Source of the DNA: an uncultured Ruminococcus sp.
Lineage (GTDB): Bacteria; Bacillota; Clostridia; Oscillospirales; CAG-272
Reading direction: 5' to 3'
Length of the DNA: 64,000 bases
NCBI GenBank assembly: GCA_964630695.1
Contig: CAZVYZ010000004.1
Coordinates: forward strand, 2,787 to 66,786
Part shown: piece by piece, positions 28,608-37,160 of the stretch
How positions within the stretch are numbered: the first letter of the stretch is position 1
Layout of the letters: every line of letters starts with the position of its first letter
The notes under the pieces: model-generated
Database searches by the model: none
The model's input: only the letters and a program-made list of their open reading frames with translations
What the model was told of the DNA's origin: nothing
Made by a program: the position numbers and the translations under genes

Positions 28608-31269
28608 TTCGGTGGAGACACTGGAGGCGGCGCTGAAATCGGTTCGCGCCGCGCAGAAACGCTATGCGACTTACACGCAGGAGCAGGTGGACGCAATCTT
28701 CAAGGCGGCGGCAATCGCCGCGAACCAAGCGCGGATTCCGCTTGCCAAAATGGCGGTTGAAGAAACCGGCATGGGTGTGGTGGAGGATAAGGTTATCAAA
28801 AACAACTACGCCGCCGAACACATCTACAATGCTTACCGTCATACAAAGACCTGCGGCGTGATTGAGGAGGACAAGGCTTACGGTGTGAAGAAGATTGCGG
28901 AGCCGATTGGGGTGATTGCCGCAGTGATTCCCACAACGAACCCGACCTCCACCGCGATTTTCAAATGTCTGTTGGCACTCAAGACCCGCAATGCGATTCT
29001 CATCAGTCCGCACCCGCGCGCGAAGAAATCCACCGCGGCGGCGGCAAAAATCGTACTGGACGCGGCGGTTGCCGCAGGCGCACCCGAGGACATCATCAGT
29101 TGGATTGACGTTCCGTCGCTCGATATGACGGGTCTGCTGATGAAAGAAGCGGACATCATTCTCGCAACGGGCGGTCCCGGGATGGTCAAAGCGGCATATT
29201 CCTCCGGAAAGCCTGCGCTCGGAGTCGGAGCGGGTAACACGCCTGCCATCATCGACGACAGCGCCGACATCGTGCTTGCAGTCAGTTCCATCATCCATTC
29301 CAAAACGTTTGACAACGGCATGATTTGCGCCTCGGAGCAGTCGGTCATCGTGCTTGACGGCATCTATGACGCCGTGCGGGCCGAGTTCGCCAAGCGTGGC
29401 TGTTACTTCCTTTCCTCCGATGAAACCGAAAAGGTCCGCAAGACCATTCTCATCAACGGTGCGTTGAATGCGAAAATTGTCGGTCAGAGCGCCGCGACCA
29501 TTGCGTCCTTGGCAAACGTAAAGGTCCCCGAGGGAACCAAGATTCTCATCGGGGAGGTGGAAAGCGTAGAACTTTCGGAGGAGTTCGCGCATGAAAAGTT
29601 GTCTCCCGTTCTGGCAATGTATCACGCCAAGGACATCGGGGACGCATTTGACAAAGCCGAACATCTGATTGCCGACGGCGGCTACGGTCACACCTCGTCC
29701 ATCTACCTGAACACCGAAACCGAACAGGCAAAGTTGAACGAATTTACCGCACGGATGAAAACCTGCCGGATTCTGGTCAACACCCCCTCATCACAGGGCG
29801 GAATCGGAGATTTGTACAACTTTAAACTCACGCCGTCGCTGACCCTCGGTTGCGGCTCGTGGGGCGGCAACTCGGTGTCGGAGAACGTCGGGGTCAAACA
29901 CCTGCTCAACATCAAGACCGTTGCCGAAAGGAGAGAGAATATGCTTTGGTTCCGTGCGCCCGAAAAAGTCTACATCAAAAAAGGCTGTCTGCCCGTTGCG
30001 TTGGACGAACTGAAAAACGTGATGCACAAGAAGCGGGCGTTCGTCGTAACCGACAGTTTCCTCTATCACAACGGCTACACCAAACCCATTACCGACAAAC
30101 TCGACGAAATGGGAATCGCGCACGCCACGTTCTTTGACGTGGCACCGGACCCGACCCTCGCCTGCGCCAAAGAGGGGACCGCGCAGATGTGCGCCTTTGA
30201 ACCGGACTGCATCATCGCACTCGGCGGCGGCTCTGCCATGGACGCGGCAAAGATCATGTGGGTGATGTACGAACACCCCGAGGTCGACTTCATGGACATG
30301 GCAATGCGGTTTATCGACATCCGCAAGCGGGTCTACACGTTCCCGAAAATGGGAGAGAAAGCGTATTTCATCGCAATTCCGACCTCTGCCGGAACCGGCT
30401 CGGAAGTCACGCCGTTCGCGGTCATCACGGATGAGGAGAGCGGCATCAAGTATCCGCTTGCCGACTACGAGTTGATGCCGAACATGGCAATCATCGACAC
30501 CGATTTCCATATGAGCGCGCCGCGCGGGCTGACCGCCGCCTCGGGAATCGATGCGGTAACGCACGCACTGGAGGCGTATGCGTCGGTCATGGCAACCGAC
30601 TACACCGACGGGCTTGCCCTGCAGGCACTGAAGACCATCTTCCGGTATCTTCCGAGAGCCTACGACAACGGACAGACCGACGTGGAGGCGCGCGAAAAAA
30701 TGGCGAACGCCGCCACCATGGCAGGTATGGCGTTTGCAAACGCATTTCTCGGTGTCTGCCACTCCATGGCACACAAACTGGGCGCGTTCCACCATCTGCC
30801 GCACGGCATTGCAAACGCACTGATGATTGAGGAGGTCCTGCGCTTCAATGCCGCCGAAGCCCCCGCAAAAATGGGAACGTTCTCACAGTACGACCACCCG
30901 CACACGCTGGAGCGTTACGCGCAGGTTGCCGACGCGTTGGGACTGGGCGGAAAGAGCGACAGCGAGAAACTTGAGAATCTGATTCGCGCCATCAACGAAC
31001 TGAAAGTGCGCGTCGGAATCAAGGCAACCATCCGCGACTATAACATTGACGAAAAGGATTTTCTCGACCGTCTCGACGCAATGACCGAGCAGGCGTTCGA
31101 CGACCAATGCACAGGCGCAAACCCGCGGTATCCGCTGATGCGTGAAATCAAACAGATGTATCTCAACGCCTACTACGGCAACAGGCATTTTACCGAACAA
31201 CCGATGCCTGCAACCGCAGAAAAGGCGACCAACCGTAAGCCCGCCGCAGGCGGCAAAAAGAAAGGCTGA
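28600..31269 (+). CDS. adhE: Bifunctional acetaldehyde-CoA / alcohol dehydrogenase
   Basis: An N-terminal aldehyde dehydrogenase part (catalytic context MICASEQS) is joined to a C-terminal iron-ADH part (GGGSAMDAAK and the CHSMAHKLGAFHHLPHG metal site). The ATG lies 9 nt after GAGGG and overlaps the rex stop. Confidence 0.92.
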   Translation: MVDSVETLEAALKSVRAAQKRYATYTQEQVDAIFKAAAIAANQARIPLAKMAVEETGMGVVEDKVIKNNYAAEHIYNAYRHTKTCGVIEEDKAYGVKKIAEPIGVIAAVIPTTNPTSTAIFKCLLALKTRNAILISPHPRAKKSTAAAAKIVLDAAVAAGAPEDIISWIDVPSLDMTGLLMKEADIILATGGPGMVKAAYSSGKPALGVGAGNTPAIIDDSADIVLAVSSIIHSKTFDNGMICASEQSVIVLDGIYDAVRAEFAKRGCYFLSSDETEKVRKTILINGALNAKIVGQSAATIASLANVKVPEGTKILIGEVESVELSEEFAHEKLSPVLAMYHAKDIGDAFDKAEHLIADGGYGHTSSIYLNTETEQAKLNEFTARMKTCRILVNTPSSQGGIGDLYNFKLTPSLTLGCGSWGGNSVSENVGVKHLLNIKTVAERRENMLWFRAPEKVYIKKGCLPVALDELKNVMHKKRAFVVTDSFLYHNGYTKPITDKLDEMGIAHATFFDVAPDPTLACAKEGTAQMCAFEPDCIIALGGGSAMDAAKIMWVMYEHPEVDFMDMAMRFIDIRKRVYTFPKMGEKAYFIAIPTSAGTGSEVTPFAVITDEESGIKYPLADYELMPNMAIIDTDFHMSAPRGLTAASGIDAVTHALEAYASVMATDYTDGLALQALKTIFRYLPRAYDNGQTDVEAREKMANAATMAGMAFANAFLGVCHSMAHKLGAFHHLPHGIANALMIEEVLRFNAAEAPAKMGTFSQYDHPHTLERYAQVADALGLGGKSDSEKLENLIRAINELKVRVGIKATIRDYNIDEKDFLDRLDAMTEQAFDDQCTGANPRYPLMREIKQMYLNAYYGNRHFTEQPMPATAEKATNRKPAAGGKKKG

Positions 31270-31282
31270 GGAGGGGCAGAAG

Positions 31283-32032
31283 ATGAAACTGGACAGAATC
31301 ATTGCGGTCAGAAATCACAAAACCGTCTACCGCGACGGTGCGCTTTGCATGAAAGTGTTTGACGAAACCTACTCCAAAGCGGATATTCTTGCGGAAGCGC
31401 TGAATCAGGCACGGGTTGAAGAAACGGGACTGCACATTCCGCAGATCCGCGAAGTCACGGTCATTGACGGAAAATGGGCAATCATCACCGATTATATCAA
31501 AGGAAAAACTTTGGCGCAACTGATGGAGGAACATCCCGAAAAAAAGAACGACTATCTGAATCTGTTTGTGGACCTCCAATTGGAAGTGCAGTCCAAATCC
31601 TGCCCGCTTCTGCCGAAACTGCGCGATAAGATGAACAGAAAAATCAGCCTGACCGATTTTGATGCAACCACGCGATACGAGTTGCATGCACGTCTGGATT
31701 CCATGCCCAAGCACGCAAAACTCTGTCACGGAGATTTCAATCCCTCCAATATCATCCTCACGGATGACGGAACGCCCTACATTCTGGACTGGGCGCACGC
31801 CACGCAGGGGAATGCTTCGGCGGACGCCGCCAGAACCTATCTGCTGTTCTGGCTCGCGGGGGATATTGACGGCGCCGAGCGTTATCTCAAACTGTTTTGC
31901 ATCAAAAGCGACACGGCAAAGCAGTATGTGCAGAAATGGATGCCAATCGTCGCTGCGTCCCAATCGGTCAAAGGAAACGAGAAGGAACGCGAATTTCTCC
32001 ACTCATGGGTCAATGTCGTTGACTACGAATAA
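31283..32032 (+). CDS. APH/choline-kinase-fold phosphotransferase (protein-kinase-like), substrate unknown
   Basis: The catalytic loop HGDFNPSNIIL, a metal-binding ILDW segment, and an N-terminal lobe with a lysine context CMKVF are present. The ATG lies 13 nt after the adhE stop and follows GAGGAGG. Confidence 0.65.
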   Translation: MKLDRIIAVRNHKTVYRDGALCMKVFDETYSKADILAEALNQARVEETGLHIPQIREVTVIDGKWAIITDYIKGKTLAQLMEEHPEKKNDYLNLFVDLQLEVQSKSCPLLPKLRDKMNRKISLTDFDATTRYELHARLDSMPKHAKLCHGDFNPSNIILTDDGTPYILDWAHATQGNASADAARTYLLFWLAGDIDGAERYLKLFCIKSDTAKQYVQKWMPIVAASQSVKGNEKEREFLHSWVNVVDYE

Positions 32033-32088
32033 GAACCGTCTACCGTACCGAACCTACAATATTTTAATATAGAAAGAGAGAATTCATC

Positions 32089-32334
32089 ATGAAAGTTACA
32101 GTTTGCATCGGGTCCTCCTGCCATATCAAGGGGTCCAGACAGGTCGTGGAAGAATTGCAGTATCTGATTGCCGGAGCAGGGCTTGAGGATAAGGTCGAAT
32201 TGGGCGGAACTTTCTGCATGGGAAGATGTCAGGATGGGGTTTGCGTGACCGTGGACGGCGAGTTCCATTCGGTCAGCCCCGATACCGTTAAGGAATTCTT
32301 TGAAAAAGAGGTTAAGGGAAAGGTTACGGCATGA
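32089..32334 (+). CDS. Thioredoxin-like [2Fe-2S] ferredoxin (HfsA/HydC-like), paralog 1
   Basis: The Cys pattern is C6-x4-C11...C43-x3-C47 in an 81-aa protein. Confidence 0.7.
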   Translation: MKVTVCIGSSCHIKGSRQVVEELQYLIAGAGLEDKVELGGTFCMGRCQDGVCVTVDGEFHSVSPDTVKEFFEKEVKGKVTA

Positions 32335-32597
32335 TTTTCGTTGAAGTCTGCGTCGGAAGTTCCTGTCATATCAAAGGCGCGCCGGAGCTTGTGGAACTGA
32401 TGCAAAAATACATCGCGGACGCGGGGTTGGAAGATGAAATCGTTCTCTCCGGCAGTTTCTGCTCGGGCAGATGCAACCGCGTTGGCGTGACGATTACGGT
32501 CGGAGAAGAAGTCTATACGGGAATCACGCCCGAGGGCTTCCGCGATTTCTGGAACGACACCATTCTGCCCGCCGTTGAAAAGGCAAAGGAGGGATAA
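32331..32597 (+). CDS. Thioredoxin-like [2Fe-2S] ferredoxin, paralog 2
   Basis: The Cys pattern is C7-x4-C12...C44-x3-C48 in an 88-aa protein. The start overlaps the paralog 1 stop (ATGA). Confidence 0.7.
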   Translation: MIFVEVCVGSSCHIKGAPELVELMQKYIADAGLEDEIVLSGSFCSGRCNRVGVTITVGEEVYTGITPEGFRDFWNDTILPAVEKAKEG

Positions 32598-32599
32598 GC

Positions 32600-34276
32600 A
32601 TGGCAAGTTGTCTGACGCTGAAAAAATCCAACTGCAAGAACTGCTATAAATGTATCCGGCATTGCCCCGTCAAGTCCATCCGTTTTTCGGGCAATCAGGC
32701 GCACATCATCGGAAACGAGTGCATCCTCTGCGGTCAGTGCTTCGTGGTCTGTCCGCAGAATGCCAAGCAGATTGTGGATGAGACCGAAAAAGTCAAGGTT
32801 CTGATTCAGTCGGGGGACCCCGTTTACGTCAGTCTGGCACCATCCTTTATCGCCAACTACGCGGGAGTCGGCATTGCGGGCATGCGGAAAGCGCTGAAGA
32901 AACTCGGATTTGCGGACGCGGAGGAAACGGCAATCGGCGCAAGCATCGTCAAAACCGAATACGAAAAAATCCTTGCACAGGGGGACCGCGACATTGTAAT
33001 CTCCTCCTGCTGCCATTCGGTCAACCTGCTGATTCAGAAGTATTTTCCGCGCGAATTAGAACTGCTTGCCGACGTCCTGTCCCCGATGCAGGCGCACTGC
33101 AGCGACATCAAGCGGCGTGTTCCGAACGCAAAAACCGTTTTCATCGGTCCTTGCGTGGCAAAAAAAGACGAGGCGCAGTATTACGGCGGCATTGTGGATG
33201 CGGTTCTGACTTACGAGGAACTCACCGCATGGTTTGACGCGGCGCATGTGCGGTTGGAGCCGGATATGGATCACACAGAGGAAAGCCGCGCGCGCTTCTT
33301 CCCGACAACGGGCGGAATCCTCAAAACGATGGCGCAGAACGCCCCGGGATACACCTACGTGGCAATCGACGGCGTGGAAAACTGCATTGCCGCCCTGCGC
33401 GACATAGAAAGCGGAAAGATTCACAAGTGCTTCATTGAGATGTCGGCTTGTATCGGCAGTTGCGTCGGCGGACCGGTTATGGAGAAATACCACCGTGCGC
33501 CCGTTGCGGACTACATGGCGGTGGCGCAATATGCGGGAACGCGGGACTTTGCAGTTGCACAGCCCGAGCGCGACACGCTTCGCAAGCACTTTGAACCGAT
33601 TGAGCGCCGCAACGGAACGCCGAGTGAGGATGAAATTGCGGAAATCCTGCGCAAAATGGGCAAAACAAAGCCCGAAGATGAATTGAATTGCGGTTCCTGC
33701 GGGTATGATACCTGTCGGGAAAAAGCGATTGCAATCTATCATGGCAAAGCGGAAATTTCCATGTGTCTGCCGTACCTCAAAGAAAAAGCCGAAAGTTTTT
33801 CGGACTGCATCGTCAACAACACGCCGAACGGACTGATTGTGGTCAACGATGCGTTGGAGGTCCAACAGATTAACGCGGCGGCAAGAAAAATCATGAACAT
33901 CCGCTCCGCGTCGGACATTCTGGGAGACCAAGTGGTCCGGATTCTGGACCCGACTGTCTTTCTCAAGGTTCTGGAGACCAAACGGAGCATCCGCGACCAA
34001 CGCGTCTACCTCGCCGAATACAAGAAGTACGTGGAACAGACGGTTGTGTACGACAGCACCTACCAGATGTTGGTCTGCATTATGCGTGACGTAACCGACG
34101 AGGAAACCGAACGCGAAAAGAAAGAGGACATCAGCCGCCGCACAGTGGAAATTGCCGACAAGGTGGTTGACAAGCAGATGCGGATTGTACAGGAGATTGC
34201 ATCGCTGCTCGGAGAAACGGCGGCGGAAACCAAAATCGCGCTTACCAAACTGAAGGAGAGTATTTCCGATGAATGA
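32600..34276 (+). CDS. hydS: Sensory-type (group C-like) [FeFe]-hydrogenase with a C-terminal PAS domain
   Basis: Two ferredoxin motifs (CKNCYKCIRHC and CILCGQCFVVC) are present. H-cluster-like motifs are SSCCHSV, GPCVAKKDE and MSACIGSCVGG. An extra CGSC-x4-C-x16-C motif is followed by a PAS-like segment (NGLIVVNDALEVQQINAAARKIMNI). Confidence 0.8.
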   Translation: MASCLTLKKSNCKNCYKCIRHCPVKSIRFSGNQAHIIGNECILCGQCFVVCPQNAKQIVDETEKVKVLIQSGDPVYVSLAPSFIANYAGVGIAGMRKALKKLGFADAEETAIGASIVKTEYEKILAQGDRDIVISSCCHSVNLLIQKYFPRELELLADVLSPMQAHCSDIKRRVPNAKTVFIGPCVAKKDEAQYYGGIVDAVLTYEELTAWFDAAHVRLEPDMDHTEESRARFFPTTGGILKTMAQNAPGYTYVAIDGVENCIAALRDIESGKIHKCFIEMSACIGSCVGGPVMEKYHRAPVADYMAVAQYAGTRDFAVAQPERDTLRKHFEPIERRNGTPSEDEIAEILRKMGKTKPEDELNCGSCGYDTCREKAIAIYHGKAEISMCLPYLKEKAESFSDCIVNNTPNGLIVVNDALEVQQINAAARKIMNIRSASDILGDQVVRILDPTVFLKVLETKRSIRDQRVYLAEYKKYVEQTVVYDSTYQMLVCIMRDVTDEETEREKKEDISRRTVEIADKVVDKQMRIVQEIASLLGETAAETKIALTKLKESISDE

Positions 34277-35441
34277 CCTTTGTGCCGACATCGGCTACAG
34301 AAGCATCAACCATATCGGGGAACAACTCTGCGGAGACCACGTGGACGTAGTGGAGCAGGGGGACAATTCCACGGTCATCGTACTGGCGGACGGGCTGGGA
34401 AGCGGCGTGAAAGCGAGCATTCTTTCCACGCTGACTTCCAAGATCATTTCCACGATGATGGCAGAGGGACTGACGCTGGAAGATTGCGTGGAAACCATTG
34501 CGCAGACGCTACCGATTTGCAGTGTCCGCGGGGTCGCGTACTCCACCTTTACCATTCTGCATCTGGTTGACAACCGCGAGATGGAACTGATTCAGTATGA
34601 CAATCCGCTCGTCATTCTGTTGCGCGACGGCAAAAATTATGACTATCCAAAGACCGAAATGAATATCGGCGGAAAAAAGATATACAAATCGGTCGTCAAA
34701 CTGTCGGAAAACGATATTTTCGTTGCCATGAGCGACGGTTGTCCGCATGCCGGAATCGGGCTTGCCTACAATTTCGGTTGGAAGCGGGATGACATCGTCA
34801 GTTTTATGGAAACAGTTGCCATCGCGGGTTATACCGCAAAAACGCTTTCCACCATTCTGATTGACGAAGTCAACAAACTCTACGAGCGTAAGCCGGGGGA
34901 CGATGCCACCGCCTGTGTGGTCCGCATCCGACGGCGCGAACCGATGAACATCCTGTTCGGTCCGCCGTCCAACCGCGATGACTGCAACCGCATGATGTCG
35001 CTGTTCTTCTCCAAGGAGGGCAAGCACATCGTTTGCGGCGGAACCACTTCATCCATCGCGGCAAAATACCTCGGGAAACCGATTAAGGCGAGTTTGAACT
35101 TTGTCAAGAGCGATATTCCGCCGATTGCGGAAATTGAGGGTGTCGACCTCGTAACCGAGGGAGTTATCACCATCAACCGCGTCGTAGAATATGCCAAGGA
35201 CTCGGTGGGGGACAACCAACTCTACGAAAAATGGAGTTTCGGACACGATGGCGCTTCCCTGATTTGCCGGATGCTGTTCGAGGAAGCCACGGATATTAAC
35301 TTCTTTGTGGGCAGAGCCATCAATCCGGCACACCAGAATCCGGATTTGCCAATCAACTTCAACATCAAAATGAATCTGGTAGAGGAACTGTCCGCCTGCC
35401 TGCGCAAAATGGGCAAACGGATTAAAGTCAGTTATTTCTAA
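34269..35441 (+). CDS. PP2C/SpoIIE-family serine phosphatase with an uncharacterised C-terminal domain of about 170 aa
   Basis: GDHVDV, VLADGLGSGVKASILS, AMSDG and GDDATACVVRI motifs are present. The start overlaps the end of hydS by 8 nt. Confidence 0.8.
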   Translation: MNDLCADIGYRSINHIGEQLCGDHVDVVEQGDNSTVIVLADGLGSGVKASILSTLTSKIISTMMAEGLTLEDCVETIAQTLPICSVRGVAYSTFTILHLVDNREMELIQYDNPLVILLRDGKNYDYPKTEMNIGGKKIYKSVVKLSENDIFVAMSDGCPHAGIGLAYNFGWKRDDIVSFMETVAIAGYTAKTLSTILIDEVNKLYERKPGDDATACVVRIRRREPMNILFGPPSNRDDCNRMMSLFFSKEGKHIVCGGTTSSIAAKYLGKPIKASLNFVKSDIPPIAEIEGVDLVTEGVITINRVVEYAKDSVGDNQLYEKWSFGHDGASLICRMLFEEATDINFFVGRAINPAHQNPDLPINFNIKMNLVEELSACLRKMGKRIKVSYF

Positions 35442-35460
35442 GCCCGCGGAGGGAACACAT

Positions 35461-36882
35461 ATGAGAAAATTTGATACCAAAGTCCAACATTTGAAGTACA
35501 AGGTACTCAGAGAGGTGGCAAGAGAGGCGTGGGCGGACCGTCTGGCACAGACCGCGATTGACATTCCGAAAACCATTGTACCCGGGAAGATTCCGACCAT
35601 GCGTTGCTGCGTCTATAAGGAGCGCGCGATTCTGGCGGAACGGGTCAAAATCGCGATGGGCGGGGACCAAAACAATCCGAATGTGATTGAAGTCATCGAC
35701 ATTGCCTGTGACGAATGTCCGATGGGCGGCTACGAGGTGACCAACGCCTGCCGCGGATGTTTGGCGCACCGTTGCGAGGATGCGTGCCGTTTCGGTGCAA
35801 TCACCTTTGACCAGAACCATGTGGCACACATCGACAAGAGCAAATGCAAGGAATGCGGCGGATGCGCAAAGGTCTGCCCTTACAGCGCGATTCACAACTA
35901 TAAGCGCCCCTGCGAAACCGCCTGCAAGGTCAAAGCAATCTCCATGGGAGAGGAAAAACAGGCTTGCATCGACAACAACAAGTGCATTTCCTGCGGCGCG
36001 TGCGTGTACCAATGCCCGTTCGGCGCGATTACGGACAAGTCGTTCATTCTCAAGGTGATTGACATCCTGAAAAACAGCCACGAGAGCAAAGACTACAAGG
36101 TTTACGCCATCGTTGCGCCCTCCATTTCCAGTCAGTTCACCTATGCAAAACTCGGGCAGGTGATTACGGGCTTGCGCGCACTCGGATTCCACACCGTCAT
36201 TGAGGCGGCGCTCGGAGCCGATATGGTCGCACAGGCAGAGTCCCGCGAACTTGCCGAAAAGGGGTTCCTGACCAGTTCCTGCTGCCCCGCATTTGTTGAC
36301 TACATCCACAAGAATTTCCCCGATTTGGAGCAGTTCGTCTCGCACAATCTCTCCCCGATGGCAACCATTGCGAAGTATATCAAGGAGCATGAACCGAACT
36401 GCAAGACCGTCTTTATCGGTCCCTGCACCGCCAAGAAAATGGAAGTTCAGAAAGAGAGTGTTAGCCCGTACATCGATACGGCGATGACGTTTGAAGAATT
36501 GCAGGCACTCTTTGACAGTCGTGACCTTGACATTACCACGCTTGAAGAGGGGGTGTTGGACAACGCCTCTTACTTCGGCAGAATCTTTGCGCGCAGCGGC
36601 GGACTTTCGGACGCGGTTGCCCAGGGGCTGAAAGAGCAGGGAATTGACTTTCTGCTCAAGCCCTGCGCTTGCGACGGCATTGAGCAATGCAAGATTGCGC
36701 TTCTGCAAAAGAGCAAGGGCAAATTAGACGCAAACTTCATTGAGGGCATGGCTTGTGTCGGCGGATGTATCGGTGGCGCGGGATGCCTGACCCACGGTGA
36801 AAAGAACAAAGCCGAAGTCGATAAATACGGTAGACAGGCGCTTGAAAAGACCATTTCCGACGCGGTTTCGATGTTGAAGTAA
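35461..36882 (+). CDS. hydA: Catalytic-type [FeFe]-hydrogenase (Cys-rich N-terminus, group B-like)
   Basis: Canonical H-cluster motifs TSSCCPAF, GPCTAKKME and EGMACVGGCIGGAG are present, together with several 4Cys ferredoxin motifs such as CKECGGCAKVCP and CISCGACVYQCP. Confidence 0.8.
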   Translation: MRKFDTKVQHLKYKVLREVAREAWADRLAQTAIDIPKTIVPGKIPTMRCCVYKERAILAERVKIAMGGDQNNPNVIEVIDIACDECPMGGYEVTNACRGCLAHRCEDACRFGAITFDQNHVAHIDKSKCKECGGCAKVCPYSAIHNYKRPCETACKVKAISMGEEKQACIDNNKCISCGACVYQCPFGAITDKSFILKVIDILKNSHESKDYKVYAIVAPSISSQFTYAKLGQVITGLRALGFHTVIEAALGADMVAQAESRELAEKGFLTSSCCPAFVDYIHKNFPDLEQFVSHNLSPMATIAKYIKEHEPNCKTVFIGPCTAKKMEVQKESVSPYIDTAMTFEELQALFDSRDLDITTLEEGVLDNASYFGRIFARSGGLSDAVAQGLKEQGIDFLLKPCACDGIEQCKIALLQKSKGKLDANFIEGMACVGGCIGGAGCLTHGEKNKAEVDKYGRQALEKTISDAVSMLK

Positions 36883-36886
36883 AGAC

Positions 36887-36934
36887 CTTGGAGGGAGAGG
36901 AGTCCCCTTTAAAAGGGACTCCTCTCCCTCCAAG
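36887..36934 (+). terminator. Perfect 20-bp GC-rich hairpin directly after hydA
   Basis: 36887..36906 (CTTGGAGGGAGAGGAGTCCC) is the exact reverse complement of 36915..36934, with an 8-nt loop. Only a weak T-tract follows. Confidence 0.6.
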
Positions 36935-36951
36935 CCTCCCTTTTCTCCCCG

Positions 36952-37031
36952 AACTTTCCCACGGGACCCCGCCACGACAAGAGCGAAAACTCGTTTCGCT
37001 TTTTGTGTGGGCGGGGTCCCGTGGGAAAGTT
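36952..37031. repeat. Nested inverted repeat: 22-bp perfect outer arms around an inner terminator-like hairpin
   Basis: AACTTTCCCACGGGACCCCGCC (36952..36973) pairs exactly with 37010..37031. The inner hairpin AGCGAAA/TTTCGCT (36982..37000) is followed by TTTTT. Confidence 0.8.
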
Positions 37032-37085
37032 TTTGGAATGAAGGGAGAATTTTAGATATAACCTAAAAATTTTTTTGAAACCCCC

Positions 37086-37113
37086 TTGACAAAATGAGAA
37101 TTTGTGGTATAAT
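37086..37113 (+). promoter_or_regulatory. Promoter of ylxM-ffh
   Basis: TTGACA (37086..37091), a 16-nt spacer and an extended -10 element TGgTATAAT (37105..37113). Confidence 0.6.
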
Positions 37114-37160
37114 GTAAAGGAAAATGCTTTACACTTACACTCGGAAGTGCGGTGAATCGG

